Virus record (IMG/VR): IMGVR_UViG_3300012988_000016
Span: 186,001-250,000 of that record
Length of the DNA: 64,000 nt
Reading direction: 5' to 3' (one strand)
The translations under genes were made by a program, and so were the position numbers. Under the pieces are notes generated by a model. The model was not told the origin of the DNA, made no database searches, and saw only the letters and a program-made list of their open reading frames with translations. Below are positions 1 to 8,775 of this stretch, piece after piece. Position 1 is the first letter of the stretch; the number at the start of each line of letters is the position of its first letter.

Positions 1-1
1 C

Positions 2-523
2 ATGTCGCTAGGTATCTACGGTGGTAGCTTCGATCCATTCACCCTTGGTCATCTGAGCATCCTCAAGGGGGCGCTGAAGGTGTTCGATCGAGTCAAGGTG
101 GCGATCGGCATCAATTCGGACAAGAAGGGGATGTTCACGTTCGAGGAACGGAAGCAAATGATTGAGCAATACATCGATCTGTACCGCCTTCATGGGGTGA
201 CGGTCGATTGCTTCGAAGGTCTGCTGATTGACTACTGTCAGTCTCAAAGGACCGAGGAAGTCTACCCCACCATCATTCGTGGTTTGCGGGCCATCTCCGA
301 TTTCGAGCAAGAGATGAAGATTGCCGACATCAACCATAAGCTGGACCATACCATCCAGACGATCTTCATTCCTGCCGAGGCGGGACATCTTTACGTCTCC
401 TCCAGTACCGCCAAAGAACTGGCCAAGTACACCACACAGGAAGTTCAGCTGGCCGACTATGTGATCCCCAGTGTGGCGGTACAGTTGATCAACAGATCTC
501 AGCCCAGAAGCACCTTGGCCTGA
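2..523 (+). CDS. coaD: Phosphopantetheine adenylyltransferase (PPAT)
   Basis: GIYGGSFDPFTLGH (HxGH nucleotidyltransferase motif), IIRGLRAISDFEQE and YVSSSTAKELA match PPAT signatures. Confidence 0.93.
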   Translation: MSLGIYGGSFDPFTLGHLSILKGALKVFDRVKVAIGINSDKKGMFTFEERKQMIEQYIDLYRLHGVTVDCFEGLLIDYCQSQRTEEVYPTIIRGLRAISDFEQEMKIADINHKLDHTIQTIFIPAEAGHLYVSSSTAKELAKYTTQEVQLADYVIPSVAVQLINRSQPRSTLA

Positions 524-1245
524 TGTACCTGCGCAAGATCTACATCCGACACAGAGAACAATATCCAGACAGCCCCAATACTTTTGCGGCTTTGGACGGA
601 TTTACCCAACTAGGTGTTGAGGTACAGCCCTATTACGGTTTTGACGATATCCAAGCCTTGACCGATCTGGGCCCAGAGGTTGGGGTGACGGGCTTCGTAG
701 GAGATACGTGGGCCGCTCTAAAGGTCTTGGGTAAGCCGATGCCCATCCCCATCGATTACCCAGAGCAATTGACTCCTTGGTTGGGCCGTAAGATCTGGCG
801 AAGCACCCTGGGGGAGATACGGCGTTCGGTCGAGCAAGTGTTCATCAAGCCAGTGTCGGAAAAGCTCTTCACTGGCTTCATCTGGCGTTCCAATATGGGT
901 GACCAGATACGTATGGCGACTTGTGAGGACGATACCGAGATTTGGGTCTCGGAACCGATCTCCCTGGAGTCTGAGTACCGCTGTTTTATCCAAGATGGGG
1001 ATATTGTGGGAGTCCGCCACTACAAGGGAGATTGGGGCAAGGCGATCGATCGTCGAACCGTAGAAGCAGCGGTCTCAGCCTACAAGGACTGTCCCAGAGC
1101 ATTCTCACTAGATTTCGGGGTGACCAGCACAGGCCAAACTGTGTTGGTGGAAGTCAATGACGGGTATGCATTGGGGTCCTATGGACTCCCTTCCATCATC
1201 TACGCGAAGTTTATCGAAGCTCGCTGGGAGGAACTGACCCGATGA
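523..1245 (+). CDS. ATP-grasp domain protein (DUF4343/R2K-like)
   Basis: VFIKP, SEYRCFIQDGDIVG and FSLDFG...VLVEVNDGYALGSYG form the ATP-grasp pattern. Confidence 0.75.
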   Translation: MYLRKIYIRHREQYPDSPNTFAALDGFTQLGVEVQPYYGFDDIQALTDLGPEVGVTGFVGDTWAALKVLGKPMPIPIDYPEQLTPWLGRKIWRSTLGEIRRSVEQVFIKPVSEKLFTGFIWRSNMGDQIRMATCEDDTEIWVSEPISLESEYRCFIQDGDIVGVRHYKGDWGKAIDRRTVEAAVSAYKDCPRAFSLDFGVTSTGQTVLVEVNDGYALGSYGLPSIIYAKFIEARWEELTR

Positions 1246-1499
1246 ATGCCCTAACGATCGCCAGAGAAGAAGCGGCCAAGCTAGAGGTTAAGTTGGACGA
1301 CGCCACTCTGGAGTCCCTCGTCTGGGAGCAAACTGGATGGCCCGGCTTCTTTGCTGGTGACGATCCAGAGGCTGAGTTTCGGAGACAACTCCAAGCCGCC
1401 ATGCAGCCTATCGTCACAGCCCAGCGGTCTAGAGATCGACGAGAACTCCAGGAGAAACTCCCAACCAAATGGGAACTCCTCCTGGAGGACGATCAGTAA
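1242..1499 (+). CDS. Hypothetical protein with shared C-terminal motif
   Basis: ATGA-coupled to the upstream gene; ends LPTKWELLLEDDQ. Confidence 0.65.
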   Translation: MNALTIAREEAAKLEVKLDDATLESLVWEQTGWPGFFAGDDPEAEFRRQLQAAMQPIVTAQRSRDRRELQEKLPTKWELLLEDDQ

Positions 1500-1768
1500 C
1501 CTCGCATCATCTGCCACAAACGCATCACATCGCTGGCTCCGCCAAAGCCTTCGACAATACCTGAGCCCGCTTCCCTGAAGGCTTCGATGGTGGCCCACGC
1601 CACCTCGGCCGCACTAACGGCTTGTCGCTTGCGCCATTCGTCCTCGGTGCCAGCCTCGATGATGTGAAGCGGCACGCCGCCTGGCTTGAATAGAGGAGCC
1701 ACCTCAGCGGCAAAGACGGCCGCGTAGATGACTTGCTCTCCTTGGGTCAAGCGTTCAATCATCACCAC
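1493..1768 (-). CDS. Hypothetical protein
   Basis: 91-aa ORF coupled to the 1762-2949 gene. Confidence 0.55.
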   Translation of the reverse strand: MVMIERLTQGEQVIYAAVFAAEVAPLFKPGGVPLHIIEAGTEDEWRKRQAVSAAEVAWATIEAFREAGSGIVEGFGGASDVMRLWQMMRGY

Positions 1769-2949
1769 TTGCCTTCGCGAATGGTGTTTGGACCAACTAG
1801 CTTGACTTGATGAGGAGTGCCCACCATGTGAGTAACCTGGTCCAACTTGTTGAGATCGATCGACTCGTTCTCGGGCAAGAGGTTAAGCCCCTTCTGCATC
1901 CCATACTTGAGCATCGACATCACTCCTTTGAGCTTGTCGGTGCCTTGCAGGGCATGCAGGTCGTCCTTGTAGGTGTCAAACCAGGGCAACCCATAGCGAG
2001 CGTAATCGGCCGCAGTTTGGGGCGGGCTGGGCGGGTCCTGTTGGGTGACCGCTTTCCACACCAGGCTGTTGGCCAGGTGGATGAAGACCCGTTGGGTATT
2101 TTGAGTGTCCCAGTCGGAGATATCGAAAGGATCGGCGTAGATCTCCTGCTTCATCTGACCGCCAGCTGCCATCCCCATATCGGCAGCTGCCGCACCAAAC
2201 ACCTCTTCGTCAGAATCACAAACTGAACGGATCGCATCCGCACCCTTCGTTTCTGATCGACTCCGCATACCACGGCGTCTAGTGTCCGCATTGGTGGCAG
2301 ACATTGGACGAATGCCGCCAGATGACTTGCCTTCCCACATATCACCCCCCAAACTGGTGCTTCGCATGATTCTAGGTTGAGGCACCACACGAGGGAAGCG
2401 GCGGTTGAATACCTCCGACTTCATAGGTATCACCTCAATCTGGATACCGCCAAACTCGGCCTCTCCAGTGATTTGCTCCTCAGCCGTGACACCCAAGCCA
2501 AGTGGGGCGGCCACGAACTGTCGAACCAACCCTTTCTCCACCACGTAGCCGTCGATCCACGGCTGTTTGGGGACCGTCACATAGTCCTTTGGCGTCAAAC
2601 CAGCTGACCACCTCTCACCCGTCACCGCACTCACCTTACCGGCTGCGATCTTGACCGCGAAGGGGTAGACGCCTTGATATTGGACCTGATGGCCGCTGAA
2701 GCGCATCCACAGTGCTTCTGATTGGTATAGGGCCGTCATGATGCCGCCATGTTCCAACCACTTGGCCGGCACCCGATCCTTGAAGTCGTCTACCCGCCTG
2801 AGTGGGAAATGACCCAAATCAGGAGGTAGTGGATAGGCCTTTCCGTCGTCTGGGATCCGAAGCGTACGCTGAAGGCTGATCTTCATCTTCGCCTCCGGAT
2901 GCACGTCTGGAAGGCTGAATGAAAGTACGTTGTTGTATAGGTCTAACAT
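1762..2949 (-). CDS. Conserved hypothetical protein (RTLRIPDD...PPDLGHFPL family)
   Basis: 395-aa ORF; motifs QRTLRIPDD, QSEALW and QPWIDG...RQFVAAPLG recall a widespread uncharacterised bacterial/fungal family. Confidence 0.7.
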   Translation of the reverse strand: MLDLYNNVLSFSLPDVHPEAKMKISLQRTLRIPDDGKAYPLPPDLGHFPLRRVDDFKDRVPAKWLEHGGIMTALYQSEALWMRFSGHQVQYQGVYPFAVKIAAGKVSAVTGERWSAGLTPKDYVTVPKQPWIDGYVVEKGLVRQFVAAPLGLGVTAEEQITGEAEFGGIQIEVIPMKSEVFNRRFPRVVPQPRIMRSTSLGGDMWEGKSSGGIRPMSATNADTRRRGMRSRSETKGADAIRSVCDSDEEVFGAAAADMGMAAGGQMKQEIYADPFDISDWDTQNTQRVFIHLANSLVWKAVTQQDPPSPPQTAADYARYGLPWFDTYKDDLHALQGTDKLKGVMSMLKYGMQKGLNLLPENESIDLNKLDQVTHMVGTPHQVKLVGPNTIREGKW

Positions 2950-2964
2950 ATCGTTTTCTCCTTG

Positions 2965-3315
2965 TTACCAGTTTCCGTCTCTAACTCGTTGCTGTATCTC
3001 GACCAATTCTTGGTCCGGCAAATCTTTGATCTCGGCCAAAAGTCGAATGAAAAGCTCAGGCCGCTTCATCAACGCCTTCTTGAAGGTAGCCGATACTCTG
3101 CCGGTCATCGCCAATAGGAGGTCCGGACTTGCCCCCAAGTCTTGGGCGATAGCCAACACCACCTTCTCGGAAGGGTCATTGAACCGTCCCAGCTCCAATT
3201 TGGACAGATAGCCTGGGTCCACCCCCACCCGTTGAGCCACTTGCCGTAGCGAAAAGCTAGGATCTGTCGCTCTTTTGGCTTCTCGAAAAGCTTTGATGTA
3301 TTGCCCGAAATCCAC
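2965..3315 (-). CDS. XRE-family HTH transcriptional regulator
   Basis: SLRQVAQRVGVDPGYLSKLELGRFNDPSEKVVLAIAQDL is a cro/C1-type HTH. Confidence 0.88.
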   Translation of the reverse strand: MDFGQYIKAFREAKRATDPSFSLRQVAQRVGVDPGYLSKLELGRFNDPSEKVVLAIAQDLGASPDLLLAMTGRVSATFKKALMKRPELFIRLLAEIKDLPDQELVEIQQRVRDGNW

Positions 3316-3521
3316 TGTAGCATGGTATACAACACCATCTACAGAGGGTCAACGAAAATCGTCACCCATCACCAAATCGGCTGACAGCAACATGATGATC
3401 AGGGCCGTGATACCCAGCAACAGATTGGGACTGAGGCGGAAGAAGTCTAGGATCAACTGGAGCAAGTAGGCGCCTATGACGGTGAAGAGCAGGACCGTCA
3501 TCGCTATCAAGCAGCCCTCCT

Positions 3522-3809
3522 TCATCGACCTTTGAATTGGTCTTTCGGGATCCCGAACTCTTCTCCCACTCGCGTACTCAAGTAGGCGGCCACCCACCAA
3601 TCCATCGTGTAGTGCCTGTCTGGGTCCGGAGGATTTTCCTCGACATCGCCGTTTTGGATCTGCATCGCCTTCCGAAGCTCATACGACTCCTCGGGCGTCA
3701 ATCCCAGTTCTTTAACTAGCTCCAAGTCATTGCAACCATGGCGACTCAACTCTTCTGAGCAGACGCCAAGCATGTACTTGATCAGACGGGCTTCTAAGGG
3801 GGTTAACAT
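3522..3809 (-). CDS. Hypothetical protein
   Basis: 95-aa ORF; GGTGTA motif 10 nt upstream of the ATG (3820-3825, minus strand). Confidence 0.65.
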   Translation of the reverse strand: MLTPLEARLIKYMLGVCSEELSRHGCNDLELVKELGLTPEESYELRKAMQIQNGDVEENPPDPDRHYTMDWWVAAYLSTRVGEEFGIPKDQFKGR

Positions 3810-3810
3810 G

Positions 3811-4578
3811 TTAGGGTGTTACACCAATTCGTCGTTTGGCGCTATTGAACGCCTTCTGACTTTCTCTCACTCGAATTCGAAATTTTGCCTCCTCTTTTCG
3901 CTTATCTCGCGCAGCCATACCTGCACGGGCTTCAACGGACAATCTCCCTTCGTACAGAGTATCCCATTTAGACATCTGTGGTTTTTTCTCCGAGCCTACC
4001 CTAGTGTGATTTTCGCCAGGACGGTGACCGAAGCCACTACCGTTCCATACGGGATCAAATCTCTCTCTCAACACATCTTCTACTGCTTTTGCCATCCATT
4101 TCAAAGGAATAACCTTGAAGCTAAACTCAGACAGAGACCATATACCCTGAGACTTAGCTACTTCATCAATACTGCTATAGTGCTGACTGAGCCTCGCGGT
4201 TAAAGAATCCCCCTTCTTCCCAGAAGCACTCCCAATGTACAGAGGATATTGGTTGGTAGACACACCTTCATACAAGGGGAGCGACCCCGAATACTGTATC
4301 GCGTACACACCTTGATCTTCTAAGTGCTGGATTTCTGGAATTTTCAGAAATGAAATGGGAGGCATGCTGAAGAACGCCCTAATGAAATCACTTGGTTCGG
4401 GCTCCAACGACAGATAGATCTTCGAATAGTCCTTGTAATCCCCTAGCAAATCAGAGGGATGAACTTCAGAGTCGTCGAAATTAGTCAAGCTCATAAACTG
4501 CTCCAATGAATCGCCTTCTATGGGGGAAATAGGCTGAGGTTGAGAGTAGGTTGCCAATCTAGTACGTCTCGGCATCAC
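3811..4578 (-). CDS. Eco29kI-like GIY-YIG endonuclease
   Basis: GVYAIQYSG...PLYIGSA, RLSQH, EDVLRERFDPVWN.SGFG and SKWDTLYEGR match the Eco29kI family pattern. Confidence 0.75.
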   Translation of the reverse strand: MMPRRTRLATYSQPQPISPIEGDSLEQFMSLTNFDDSEVHPSDLLGDYKDYSKIYLSLEPEPSDFIRAFFSMPPISFLKIPEIQHLEDQGVYAIQYSGSLPLYEGVSTNQYPLYIGSASGKKGDSLTARLSQHYSSIDEVAKSQGIWSLSEFSFKVIPLKWMAKAVEDVLRERFDPVWNGSGFGHRPGENHTRVGSEKKPQMSKWDTLYEGRLSVEARAGMAARDKRKEEAKFRIRVRESQKAFNSAKRRIGVTP

Positions 4579-5182
4579 CAGTTCTCCACCGATCGAGAAT
4601 CGGACGAGCTTGGAGGAAAGCCAGCGAACGTGCTCGAAGGTTAGCCAGATCCCCGTTGTTGTGAATCAGGTAATCTGCATGAGCGATTGCTCGGCCGGGG
4701 TTCTGAGAGGCGATCCGAATCTTAGCCTCTTCTTCGGTCAGACTACTTCGAGCCATCAGGCGTTGGAGTTGAAGGTCAAAGTCAATATCAACCACCACCA
4801 ACGGTCGAAGCGACACCCAATAATTGGACTCCACCAATTGGCTTGCTTCGTAGCAGATCAGCCCATCCAGCTTCAACGATTTCTCGATGAAACGGCTGTG
4901 AATGTGCTCCCATTGGATACGTTCCAACCTTTTGAGCAGCGTATCCCTGAATCTGAAGACGAGCCTCCCGAGTTTCTTCCGATCGATCTGGCGATCTTCA
5001 GTCAAGAAGTCCTCACCAAATGTGCGAACGATCTCATCGTAACAGTCCTCCCCAGGCCTCATCACTTCTCTGGAGAGCTGGTCGGCATCAATCACATGTA
5101 CGCCCGCCTCAGCAAAGAATCGGGCGACTGTGCTCTTACCCGAGGCGATTCCGCCTGTCAGTCCAAACACATCTCTAATCAT
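4559..5182 (-). CDS. coaE: Dephospho-CoA kinase
   Basis: FGLTGGIASGKSTVARFF...VIDADQLSREV, IDRKKLGRLVF and ADYLIHNNG. Confidence 0.93.
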   Translation of the reverse strand: MIRDVFGLTGGIASGKSTVARFFAEAGVHVIDADQLSREVMRPGEDCYDEIVRTFGEDFLTEDRQIDRKKLGRLVFRFRDTLLKRLERIQWEHIHSRFIEKSLKLDGLICYEASQLVESNYWVSLRPLVVVDIDFDLQLQRLMARSSLTEEEAKIRIASQNPGRAIAHADYLIHNNGDLANLRARSLAFLQARPILDRWRTGDAETY

Positions 5183-5598
5183 AGAAGTCCTTTGAAGACG
5201 GTCTCTTCCTCAGCCGTCAGCTCGACATCAAAGAATCCCAACTGACCTTTGAGGGGCCGGAAGGGCAACGCAGTGATCGATTCCAGCTTGTAGCCGTACT
5301 GCTCTTTCATGTGCCATACCCCACCGTCCTCTGCCCCTCTTGGATAGATGTGGGTGATGACCGCTGCCCCTAGGATTCCGCCCATACGGTACACATGTGA
5401 GCTCAGCTTAGGCATCGTAATCCCACACCAACTTTCGGCGAAGGCTAGGTCAGCCTTTGTGAAGGTGCCGGCTGAATGGATCAGGAAGGGAAGCGGGAGT
5501 TCGAGCTTCGTCTTCCACTTGCGGTTCTCGATGCGCTTCGGGCCGTCAACAACAAGCCAAGCCCAGGGTTGTCTGAGGCTGAGAGCCTTGACGATCAT
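5179..5598 (-). CDS. ASCH domain protein
   Basis: ALSLRQPWAWLVVDGPKRIENRKW and PLKGQLGFFDV; start moved to ATG 5598, 9 nt downstream of a GGTGTA motif. Confidence 0.85.
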   Translation of the reverse strand: MIVKALSLRQPWAWLVVDGPKRIENRKWKTKLELPLPFLIHSAGTFTKADLAFAESWCGITMPKLSSHVYRMGGILGAAVITHIYPRGAEDGGVWHMKEQYGYKLESITALPFRPLKGQLGFFDVELTAEEETVFKGLL

Positions 5599-5607
5599 TT
5601 GGGACAA

Positions 5608-5623
5608 TACACCGCCTGGTGTA
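5608..5623. promoter_or_regulatory. Back-to-back GGTGTA motif pair (putative divergent promoter)
   Basis: TACACC-GCCT-GGTGTA; an ATG lies 9 nt away on each side (5598 minus, 5633 plus). Confidence 0.65.
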
Positions 5624-5632
5624 CAACAATCC

Positions 5633-5851
5633 ATGGAACCCACCGAAAAGCTCTATGTGGTGCGCTTGTTCGACATGTTCGATGGCTGGATCGACATCTC
5701 AAAGCCGTTGTCTGAAGCTGAAGCAAAGACGATTTGGAACGAGAGGACTAAGAACGGTACTTGCAAGACCCAATACGCAGATGGGGACTATTACAAGATC
5801 TTCCCCGCCGACACCAAAATGCTCATCACCCCTGAGACGACTGGCCGCTAA
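5633..5851 (+). CDS. Hypothetical protein
   Basis: MEPTEKLYVVRLFDMFDGWIDIS...; start 9 nt after GGTGTA. Confidence 0.6.
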   Translation: MEPTEKLYVVRLFDMFDGWIDISKPLSEAEAKTIWNERTKNGTCKTQYADGDYYKIFPADTKMLITPETTGR

Positions 5852-5869
5852 TGGTGTATAGTGGGCGTC

Positions 5870-6535
5870 ATGAAGTCAAGAATCATAGATGCTCACAGCG
5901 GCACTGACCATCAATTGGGCGAGCGTTCCTACATCCTCTGTTTGATGATGTGGGTCATGTTGGGCTTTGCCAGCACCGGTTTTGGAGCCAGTCTGACTTG
6001 GGGCACGCCGTTTTCGAAATGGGCGACCCTAGGTTTGGCTTTGATTACCTTCTTGGGGTGTTTCCTCGCCGCCATTGAGGCTCTGCCGATCGCCATTTTT
6101 GGATATCTGCTGATCACTTTCCCCTTTGGGGCCATGTTGGGGCCAGTGGTGGCGACCTACACCAAAGCCAGCCTGATCAATGTGTTGGGCACAACCGCCA
6201 TCCTGAGTCTTGGGATGGGCGGAATCGGCTTCATCTACCCCAAGAGTCTTGGTGGGCTGCATACTTACCTGTTCGGCGCCCTCTGGATGCTGATCTTGTC
6301 TCAGTTTGGGACAATCATCCTTGCTGCCATGGGTTTTCCTGTACAAGCTGCTTGGACGTGGATGGACTGGTTTGGGGTGGCGCTTTTCAGCGGGTTGCTG
6401 ATCTATGACGTCAACCAGGCGGTCCGAAGTGAGCGGACCTTGCTTAGCAGCCTGGGGTTCGCAGTTGCCATTTACTTGGATATCTTGAACATTTTTATCC
6501 GCTTGTTGGAGCTCACAGGTAAGAAGGACAAATAA
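5870..6535 (+). CDS. Bax inhibitor-1/YccA family membrane protein
   Basis: About 7 hydrophobic segments; LLIYDVNQ and AVAIYLDILNIFIRLLEL C-terminal signature. Confidence 0.88.
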   Translation: MKSRIIDAHSGTDHQLGERSYILCLMMWVMLGFASTGFGASLTWGTPFSKWATLGLALITFLGCFLAAIEALPIAIFGYLLITFPFGAMLGPVVATYTKASLINVLGTTAILSLGMGGIGFIYPKSLGGLHTYLFGALWMLILSQFGTIILAAMGFPVQAAWTWMDWFGVALFSGLLIYDVNQAVRSERTLLSSLGFAVAIYLDILNIFIRLLELTGKKDK

Positions 6536-6688
6536 TCCCTTCTGCCTGGGGCTTATGCTCAATCTGGATACCAAATACTACGAATACAGCACCACTGAGG
6601 TCAACACAATTGGACCAGTCAAGCCACCAGAAGGGGATGGCTGGTTCTTCGTCGCTATGAGTGGCGGACACCTGCACAACTATATCCT

Positions 6689-7495
6689 ATGGGCCCGACA
6701 GAAGAAGAGATAGCTAGGTGGGGGAAAGCAGCGTATCCAACGTTGCTGTTACCTCCAACTTACAGCACAGAAGCAGAGGCGCTGCGTAAAGCCGCTCAGG
6801 CGAGGGATTGGAACATCCATCGGGTCCTCAGATGCCAGACCCCCTTTACGGCGGGTCCAATAGCAGTGCATGGACCACTTCCCTTCTGTGACTCGGTCGC
6901 CAGTCGGATGATGCTGGGATTGCTGGACCCTCCAGATGATTGGTTGGGCCGACTTCCTCAGCATTTCCTTCTTCGAGATTTGTGGGTCGGCACTGTAGCG
7001 GATCTCCACCGAGTTAAAGAACGATCGTTCGTCAAGCCCGCCAACGACAAGGTGTTCCAATACGGAACCTATGAACGAGGCTCAGATGTGCCGGTCCGCC
7101 ACATCCAAGATTCATGCCCCATCATTGTCTCGGAGGTGGTGGCTTGGGATCTGGAGGTTAGACTCTGGATCTTAGATCGCCAGATTGTAGCGGCCGAGCA
7201 TTACCGCATCATTGGAGATCACGAACCAGAAGACGTGGCCAGACAAGCGGCTGAATTCGGCCAACAGGTGTTGGCCGATCCGTCCTATGATCTGCCCTCA
7301 GGGGTGGTGTTGGATGTGGGCCACATAGAGGAGCGGGGCTGGGCAGTCGTGGAGGCCAATCAAGCCTACGCCTCAGGCATCTACGGGGAACAGAACCATC
7401 AGGCTATCCTTGATGTAGTGCAACGCTCTAGCGATGGCTTGGAAGCCGTCAAGCCTGAAGATGTCAAGTTCGTTCGAAAGTATCTGACAACCTAG
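6689..7495 (+). CDS. ATP-grasp domain protein (DUF4343/R2K-like)
   Basis: SFVKPANDKVF, EVRLWILDRQIV and VVLDVG...WAVVEANQAYASGIYG. Confidence 0.75.
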   Translation: MGPTEEEIARWGKAAYPTLLLPPTYSTEAEALRKAAQARDWNIHRVLRCQTPFTAGPIAVHGPLPFCDSVASRMMLGLLDPPDDWLGRLPQHFLLRDLWVGTVADLHRVKERSFVKPANDKVFQYGTYERGSDVPVRHIQDSCPIIVSEVVAWDLEVRLWILDRQIVAAEHYRIIGDHEPEDVARQAAEFGQQVLADPSYDLPSGVVLDVGHIEERGWAVVEANQAYASGIYGEQNHQAILDVVQRSSDGLEAVKPEDVKFVRKYLTT

Positions 7496-7733
7496 CCAAA
7501 TGTTCGGCCATCGCTTGACGTTGCTCGATTGAACCATAGCGGCAACAGCGCCGACAACCACCACTCAGTCCAGGATAGGCGCAAGTGCAGGAGGAGCTGC
7601 AGGGATTGGTTAGCAGACAAGGGCAACCACGATCATCCTCGACATCAACCAAAGAAGTGGTCCTCAACGCTTCTTCTTGATTTCTGTCGTAGCAGCAATC
7701 AACACAGCAACATTCTTCCTTGTTGTGGTTCAT
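7464..7733 (-). CDS. Small Cys-rich protein
   Basis: MNHNKEECCCVDCC...CPC...CSSSCTC...CRRCC; ATGA-coupled to the 7730-8065 gene. Confidence 0.5.
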   Translation of the reverse strand: MNHNKEECCCVDCCYDRNQEEALRTTSLVDVEDDRGCPCLLTNPCSSSCTCAYPGLSGGCRRCCRYGSIEQRQAMAEHLARLSDTFERT

Positions 7734-8065
7734 CGCCCCACCACAGCCGTCTGCAACATTGCCTTGACCTGTTGGGTCAAACACTCTAGACGCAAACTCT
7801 GTACCCAATGTTCAGGGAATAGGGGTTGGTCGGTGGGGGTGAAGTTCCAGATAGAGCGCACAACGTAGGCCAGGTAGGTCTTACGGGTCGAGACGTAGCA
7901 AGCCATCGCCAGCTCTTCTTTGGTGGCTCGGCGGCACACTTCCGCCCAATTGGGGTTGGAAGTGAAGAAAAGAGCCTCACACTTGTCCCCTTCTATTTGA
8001 AGGATCAGAGCTAAATGCTCTTTACCATCATCGTGGATGGCCACCTGACCTGGAAGGAGCTCCAT
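7730..8065 (-). CDS. Hypothetical protein
   Basis: 111 aa; GGTGTA 9 nt upstream (8075-8080, minus strand). Confidence 0.65.
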   Translation of the reverse strand: MELLPGQVAIHDDGKEHLALILQIEGDKCEALFFTSNPNWAEVCRRATKEELAMACYVSTRKTYLAYVVRSIWNFTPTDQPLFPEHWVQSLRLECLTQQVKAMLQTAVVGR

Positions 8066-8127
8066 ACTCCAGTGTACACCAGGCTAGACGGCCGGGAAAG
8101 GAAATTCCTTATCGTTTTCCGTCTAGT

Positions 8128-8532
8128 ATGAGGAAACCGGACCTCCAAGGACCCCTGGGTCGAGCCTGGCGGATAAAACCAGTTGCGGAGGTTTCTTCCA
8201 AATACCTGACTAGTTGGCTGGTCAACCGGTCAGGCAGCGTATCCTATGGGTGGTGGCTCATAGCCGTCACCCGCACCACAGAAACGGAGCAAAGGTTCAT
8301 GATCATAACGATCGATACTGAGCAATCTTCGGAGCCTCAACCAGATCAGGAGCAATATCCTGTCTCATCCTACGAGGTGGTAGAGCTACTTCAAGTGGTG
8401 GAAATAGAGCAAGCGGACCGTCTCTGTGAGTTGGGGGTCAGGACCATTCTGTCGGGCGGGCTTGACCCCAAGAAAGATCATAGTTCTTATTGGCACCAGC
8501 TGGTCGTCAAAAATACTGTTTGGAAAGGTTGA
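8128..8532 (+). CDS. Hypothetical protein
   Basis: 134-aa ORF. Confidence 0.55.
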   Translation: MRKPDLQGPLGRAWRIKPVAEVSSKYLTSWLVNRSGSVSYGWWLIAVTRTTETEQRFMIITIDTEQSSEPQPDQEQYPVSSYEVVELLQVVEIEQADRLCELGVRTILSGGLDPKKDHSSYWHQLVVKNTVWKG

Positions 8533-8775
8533 CATCAGGACGGGAATTTAGATAATGGGTCGGATGAGGTTGACCCGACAGGGTGTGAGAGATCTGGGCG
8601 GCAATGACCGTCGCCCGCCTAGAAAGCACCGTTTTGGGCCACTCAAACAATGCCCGCATCGGAACTTCCGACCCTGTTGTTACCCTAGAAACTGTCTACA
8701 TTGGGAATGCCCAGATTGCAACCTAGGTTTGGATCTGGCCCACAATCCCCCAATGTGATGGTGTAGGACTGTCCT

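Noticed and set aside
2965-3809. XRE HTH as an Aca regulator marking anti-CRISPR genes
   Set aside because: No recognisable Acr sequence nearby; the HTH is coupled to a larger conserved gene instead.
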